Assembly (NCBI GenBank): GCA_963800195.1 | Contig: CAWCZZ010000005.1 | Location: 18,483 to 82,482, forward strand | Direction: 5' to 3' | Length of the DNA stretch: 64,000 nucleotides | Origin: an uncultured Acidobacteriota bacterium | Lineage (GTDB): Bacteria > Acidobacteriota > Terriglobia > Terriglobales > Acidobacteriaceae | Shown: one piece after another, positions 59,554-64,000 of the stretch | Layout of the letters: every line of letters begins with the position of its first letter | Position numbering within the stretch: the first letter of the stretch is position 1 | The notes under the pieces: model-generated | Databases searched by the model: none | Told to the model about the DNA's origin: nothing | Seen by the model: only the letters and a program-made list of their open reading frames with translations | Position numbers and translations under genes: made by a program

Positions 59554-61107
59554 ATGCGGAAAAACCAGGTGATGGACATGGCGGCCCTGATGGCGCTAGG
59601 CAAGAGGCTGAACAGACGGACGCGGCGAGGAAGCTATCGCGAGGTGCTGGCGGCGAGTTTGCTGAAGATCCGCAACAAGCGCGGCCGGCTGGTGAAGCTG
59701 GAAGCCAACCTGGCGCAACGGGAATTTGAATCGAAGTGCGGGGCCAAGAACATTGTGCTGAAGGCGAGGCAGATGGGAATCTCGACGTGGGTGGCGGCGA
59801 GATTCTTTCTGAGCACGATTACACGGCCAGGCACTTTGACGGTGCAGGTAGCGCATACGCAAGAGGCGGCGGAGGAGATCTTCCGCATGGTGCACAGGTT
59901 CGTGGAGAATCTGCCACAGGACCTGCGGGGCGGAGCGCTGAAACGATCGAAGTCAAACCGGAGGCAGCTGGTGTTTCCGGGGCTGGACAGCGAGTATCGC
60001 GTGGAGACGGCGGGGGACGCGAACGCTGGCCGGGGACTGACGATCCAGAACCTGCACTGCTCGGAGGTGGCACGGTGGGGAGCGAACGCGCCAGAGGTAT
60101 TGGCGTCGCTGCGGGCCGCCGTGCCACCGGATGGGGAGATTGTGCTGGAGTCAACGGCGAATGGGATGGGCGGGTGCTTCTATCGCGAGTGGCAGAGGGC
60201 GGCGGAGACGGGATACGCGCGGCACTTTTTTCCCTGGTGGATGGACGAGGGATACCGGATCGAGGGAGCGGCGGCCGAGGAGCTGATGGATGGGCCGCTG
60301 AACGAGGAAGAGCTGCGGCTGATGGAGCAGCTTCGGGCTGGACGAGGGCAGATTGCCTTCCGGCGGGAGGTGCAGAGCAACTTCGGCGAGCGGGCGGCGG
60401 AGGAATATGCCGAGGATGCGGCGACCTGTTTTCTGGCCAGCGGCTCGGCGGTGTTTGACACGGCGAAGATCGAGGCACGGATGCGCGGGCTGGCGGCGCC
60501 GATGGAGCAGAGGGAGAACGGACGGATCCTGGTGTGGCTGCCTCCGGCGAGGGAGCGGAAGTACATTCTGGGGGTGGACGCGGCGGGCGGCGGCGCGGGC
60601 GGCGATTATGCCTGCGTCGAGGTGATCGACCAGGTGAGCGGACTGCAATGCGCGGAGCTGTATGGGCACTACACGCCGGAGGAGCTGGCGGCGCAGGCGG
60701 CGAGGCTGGGGCGCGAATACAACGAGGCGCTGATGGTGGTGGAGCGCAACAATCATGGCCACGCGGTGCTGGCGATGCTGGAACGGGTGGAGCAGTACGA
60801 GCCGCTTTTCCGCAACAACCGCTATGCGGGGTGGGTGACGACGGTGCTGACGCGTCCGACGATGCTGGAGCGCTTTGGGGCGATTCTGGTGGCGAATCCG
60901 GAGCTGTTCCAGAGCCGGAAGCTGCTGGAGGAGTGCAGGACCTTTGTGCGGCACGCGGATGGACGGATCGCGGCCTCGGAGGGATCGCACGACGACGCGA
61001 TCATGGCGATGGCGATGGCCCTGGCGGTGCGGGAGCGGGATGAGCGATCCTGGCGAGTGCAGCGAATGGCAGTGAGCGTGCGTATTAGAACAGGTGCGAA
61101 GCGGTAG
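59554..61107 (+). CDS. terL: phage terminase large subunit
   Basis: NIVLKARQMGISTWVAARFF (ATPase entry), LHCSEVARW, VLESTANG, and nuclease half ILGVDAAGGGAGGDYACV...SHDDAIMAMAMAL. The start is uncertain (the ORF opens at 59437). Confidence 0.75.
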   Translation: MRKNQVMDMAALMALGKRLNRRTRRGSYREVLAASLLKIRNKRGRLVKLEANLAQREFESKCGAKNIVLKARQMGISTWVAARFFLSTITRPGTLTVQVAHTQEAAEEIFRMVHRFVENLPQDLRGGALKRSKSNRRQLVFPGLDSEYRVETAGDANAGRGLTIQNLHCSEVARWGANAPEVLASLRAAVPPDGEIVLESTANGMGGCFYREWQRAAETGYARHFFPWWMDEGYRIEGAAAEELMDGPLNEEELRLMEQLRAGRGQIAFRREVQSNFGERAAEEYAEDAATCFLASGSAVFDTAKIEARMRGLAAPMEQRENGRILVWLPPARERKYILGVDAAGGGAGGDYACVEVIDQVSGLQCAELYGHYTPEELAAQAARLGREYNEALMVVERNNHGHAVLAMLERVEQYEPLFRNNRYAGWVTTVLTRPTMLERFGAILVANPELFQSRKLLEECRTFVRHADGRIAASEGSHDDAIMAMAMALAVRERDERSWRVQRMAVSVRIRTGAKR

Positions 61108-61250
61108 ACGAGTCGAGTCAAGGACGGCTAGGGTAGAGTATGAAACTTCAGGCAGGAGGCTGAACGATGGCGAAGCGGTAGACTTCGCCAGGTGGAAGAC
61201 GTGGCGGCACGATGAGGTAGCGCATAACTGAGCAATCGGAAGGGGCGGGC

Positions 61251-62057
61251 TTGGCGGTTGCGGCGGTACAGCACGTGAGAAGGATGCGGGGCGGGGCGCA
61301 GAGTCATCTGATGCGCTGCTCGGACGGTCACTTCTACGTGGTGAAGTTCCAGGGCAATCCGCAGCACACGCGGGTGCTGGCCAACGAGATGCTGGCGACG
61401 CGGCTGGCGCAGACGGCGGGGCTGCCGGTGCCGGCGACGGAGGTGGTGGAGGTCGATTCCTGGCTGATCGAACACACGCCGGAGCTAAAATTCGAGCTGC
61501 AGCATGGCTCGAAGGCGTGCACGCCGGGGTTGCAATTCGGCTCGCGCTTTGTGGTTCCGCCGCTGGAGGGAATGATCTATGACTACCTGCCCGAGCATCT
61601 GCTGGACCGGGTGCGGAACCTGGGCGCGTTTGCGGGAATTCTGGCGCTGGACAAGTGGACCTGCAATGCGAACGGGCGGCAGGCGGCATTCTGGAAGCGG
61701 AGCCGGGAGCGCAAGTTCACGGTCTCGTTCATCGACCAGGGATACTGCTTCAACGCGGGGGAGTGGTCGTTTCCGGATTCGCCGCTGCGCGGGGTGTACG
61801 CCCGCAATGACGTTTACCGCGAGGTGAGCGGCTGGGAGAGCTTCCAGCCCTGGCTGGGCAACATCGAGAGCATGGATGAGCAGGCGATGTGGCGCTGCGC
61901 CGAGGAGATTCCGACGGCGTGGTACGGCGAGAGCTGCGAGCTGGAGCGGCTGGTGGAAGCCCTGGGGCGGCGGAGAGCAAGGGTGGCCGAGCTGATCCTG
62001 GAGTTCAGGAATTCGAGCCGGGCGCCATTCCCAAAGTGGAGGGACGTGGTGAACTGA
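61251..62057 (+). CDS. HipA-like / protein-kinase-fold protein (small stand-alone kinase)
   Basis: 268 aa. GHFYVVKFQG supplies the Lys, LALDKWTCNANG is a DxxxxN catalytic loop, and SFIDQGYCF is a DxG metal-binding motif. Matches my recollection of the family annotated as HipA family kinase that pairs with DUF3037. Confidence 0.55.
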   Translation: MAVAAVQHVRRMRGGAQSHLMRCSDGHFYVVKFQGNPQHTRVLANEMLATRLAQTAGLPVPATEVVEVDSWLIEHTPELKFELQHGSKACTPGLQFGSRFVVPPLEGMIYDYLPEHLLDRVRNLGAFAGILALDKWTCNANGRQAAFWKRSRERKFTVSFIDQGYCFNAGEWSFPDSPLRGVYARNDVYREVSGWESFQPWLGNIESMDEQAMWRCAEEIPTAWYGESCELERLVEALGRRRARVAELILEFRNSSRAPFPKWRDVVN

Positions 62058-62176
62058 GGGAAGAGCTGAGGGGAAAGATGGCGGAAGATGGGGGAAAGGG
62101 TTGGAAAGGGCGGTAGGATGGTGGAGATTCTGGAGGGAGCCGGTTCTGGAGAGCGGCGAGCTGAGAGTCATCGAGG

Positions 62177-62982
62177 ATGAAAGAGCGCCGACAATGCGAG
62201 TTTTTCCTGCTGCGGTATGTGCCCGACGCGGTGAAGGACGAGTTCGTCAACGTGGGCGTGGTGCTGTTTGAGAGCAGCAGCGGCTGGGCCGACGTGCGTT
62301 TTACCAGGGACTGGAAGCGGGTGCGCTGCCTGGATCCGGATGCCGACGTGGAGATGCTGGAAGGGCTGGAGCGGGAGATCAAGGAGCGGTTGCTGGAGGG
62401 CGCGAGCAGCCAGGAATGGCTGCTGAAGCGGATGGAAGATACGTTCTCCAATGCGATCCGGCTGACTCCGGCGAAGGCGGTGCTGGCGGATTCGCCGCAG
62501 GAGGAGATCGGGCGGCTGGCCGAGATGTACCTGGAGCGCGCGAAAAGAGGAGCGCGCACGGCGAGCGGAAGGATGCAGATCTTCCAGACGATGCGGGGCG
62601 AGTTCGAGCGGCAGGGAGTGTGGGGGCTGATGCGGCACAACATCGCGGTGAGCGAGTACACCCATCGCGGCGATCCGCTGAAGATCGACGCGGCCTACCG
62701 GCCCAACGGCACGGTGCATATGTACCAGGCGCTCTCGCTGGAACGGATGTGAACGCGGCCAAGGTGCTGGCGTTTACTTATCCGAAGCTGCGCGAGGGCG
62801 TGCTGCGGGCGGAGCAGGCGGAGGCGTTGCTGACGGCGATTGTGGAGAGCGAACTGGAGCGCGAGGACGACGAGACGATGTTCGCGCTGGAGACACTGTC
62901 GAGCAGCCGGATCATGGTGGCGGCGACCTCGGAGCTGCCGCGGATTGCGGCGAGCGTGCGGCAGAAGATGGGATTGCAGTAG
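62177..62982 (+). pseudogene. DUF3037 domain protein, one frame disruption near 62745
   Basis: The N-terminus CEFFLLRYVPDAVKDEFVNVGVVLFE is the characteristic DUF3037 opening. The C-terminus continues in ORF 62416..62982 (DVNAAKVLAFTYPKLREG...). Confidence 0.55.
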
Positions 62983-62984
62983 GG

Positions 62985-63017
62985 CAAGGTTCAAGGTTTC
63001 AAAGGTTTCAAGGTTCA
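62985..63017. repeat. tandem GGTTTCAA(A/G) units, inverse orientation of the repeats at 43.3 and 44.9 kb
   Basis: caaggttcaaggtttcaaaggtttcaaggttca, immediately after the DUF3037 stop codon. Confidence 0.55.
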
Positions 63018-63133
63018 TAGGGGACGAGGGCTTCATAGGGCACCAGAGGCTGAAGTGAAGCAGAGATTTCAAGAGGACGCTGCGGCGTCCTTTTTTATTT
63101 TGCGCGGGGAAAGCACCCGGCGCGGGGGAGCCA

Positions 63134-64000
63134 ATGAAGATAGGGGAAAAGATCTGGGAGCCGGTGCGGCGGGCGGGGGTGCGGGTGCTGGGAGCGGCAG
63201 ACGCCGCGGCACCGAAGCGCAAGACGGCCCCGCTGCCGTCGATTCTGCAGACGTGGACGTTGGGAACGCGGGCGGAGCTGCTGCCGAAGAAGACGCCGGA
63301 GGCGCTGCGGCGCTTTGCCGAGACGCCGATCGCACGCAAGGCGATCAACACGATCAAGGACCGGGTGGCGGGAATGAACTGGCGCATCCAGCCGCGGCGG
63401 GGACGGGTGCTGGACGAGGAGATGCAAGCAGCGCATCCAGGTGCTGACCGAGACCCTGGAGCAGCCGAATCCGGACGATTCGTTCCGTTCGCTTTGCGAA
63501 GCGGTGCTGGAAGACATCATCGTCGGCGGATATGGCGCGATGGAGCTGCGGCTGACCGGCGACGCGCGGAAGCCGCTGGCGCTGTATCCGGTGGACGGCG
63601 CGACGATCCAGATGCGGGCGGACTGGAATGGCGATCCGAACTCGGTTCGCTATGTGCAGGCGAGGCCCGCTGCTGGCACCGGCGCAGCGGATCGAGCTGA
63701 AGGACAACGAGCTGTCTTATATCCGGCTGAACCCGCGCAGCTACACGCCGTTTGGACTGGGGCGGCTGGAGGTTGCGTTCGAGACGATCCACGAGTTTCT
63801 GGGGGCGCACCGCTTTGCGGCCAAGCTGGCGAGCAACTCGGTGGTGCAGTATGCGCTGTGGATGCAGGACCTGGATCCGGGGCAGCATGAGCGGCTGATT
63901 CGCTGGTGGCAGGACGACATTGAGGGCACGGGGCGGGTTCCGATTCTGACGGCGGAGAACAAGCCGGAGGTGTTGCGCTTTGGCGCGGGGACGGATGCGG
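63134..64000 (+). pseudogene. phage portal protein (partial at window end), two frame disruptions (near 63430 and near 63665)
   Basis: ETPIARKAINTIKDRVAGMNWRI, then (shift) LEQPNPDDSFRSLCEAVLEDIIVGGYGAMEL, then (shift) ELSYIRLNPRSYTPFGLGRLEVAFE...WWQDDIEGTGRVPIL. Confidence 0.65.

Larger units (their letters stand above)
51106..64000. mobile_element. prophage-like region (possibly a remnant); the right end lies beyond the window and the left end is approximate
   Basis: Contains a CI-like repressor with divergent small genes, a tail-fibre gene, the large terminase and the portal. No integrase or att sites are visible in the window. Confidence 0.55.

Noticed and set aside
60151-61689. 512-aa minus-strand ORF spanning the terminase 3-prime half and the kinase gene
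   Set aside because: The composition is extreme Pro/Arg/Ala/Ser with no motifs. It is antisense to two well-supported plus-strand genes, which is a typical GC-rich shadow ORF.

Overview
GC-rich bacterial chromosomal window. Gene content and repeat style suggest an Acidobacteriota-like soil bacterium, but that is inference only.

Left end (1-6.4 kb): a tRNA(CAT)-linked integrative island. It has a tyrosine integrase and two excisionase-type HTH genes. It carries a SPARDA-type short Argonaute system: an intact DUF4365 nuclease-APAZ gene plus a MID-PIWI pAgo whose reading frame is broken. Two further PD-(D/E)XK-like ORFs sit in the same island.

Core region (6.7-50.6 kb):
- sucA, then a complete his operon (hisI-G-D-C-B-H-F-A, minus strand) preceded by a His-rich leader peptide and a terminator hairpin.
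- A MacB-type ABC exporter, an esterase and a CobB sirtuin.
- A nucleic-acid and nucleoside salvage block: S1/P1-like nuclease, cdd, secreted adenosine deaminase, hpt, and deoC-deoA-nupC-punA. The last four genes are riddled with frameshifts.
- Two divergent IclR regulators, then Moco genes (moaA, a mobB-mobA fusion, moeA).
- LysR plus MFS, an orphan GvpL/GvpF gene, and a GAF-GGDEF protein.
- AroD-AroE with an Ala/Lys-rich tail, an APC permease, AMMECR1, pgsA, IHF/HU, PilZ, an MBL hydrolase and a LivJ-like binding protein.

Right end (from about 51.1 kb): a prophage-like region with a CI-like repressor, a dual-specificity phosphatase, a giant tail fibre, the large terminase and the portal. A HipA-like kinase plus DUF3037 gene pair is wedged between terminase and portal. 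This pair is my top candidate for an uncharacterised conflict system.

About 27 frame disruptions occur in otherwise well-conserved genes, and they are very unevenly distributed. Several dispersed repeat families are present. No CRISPR array or rRNA was seen.
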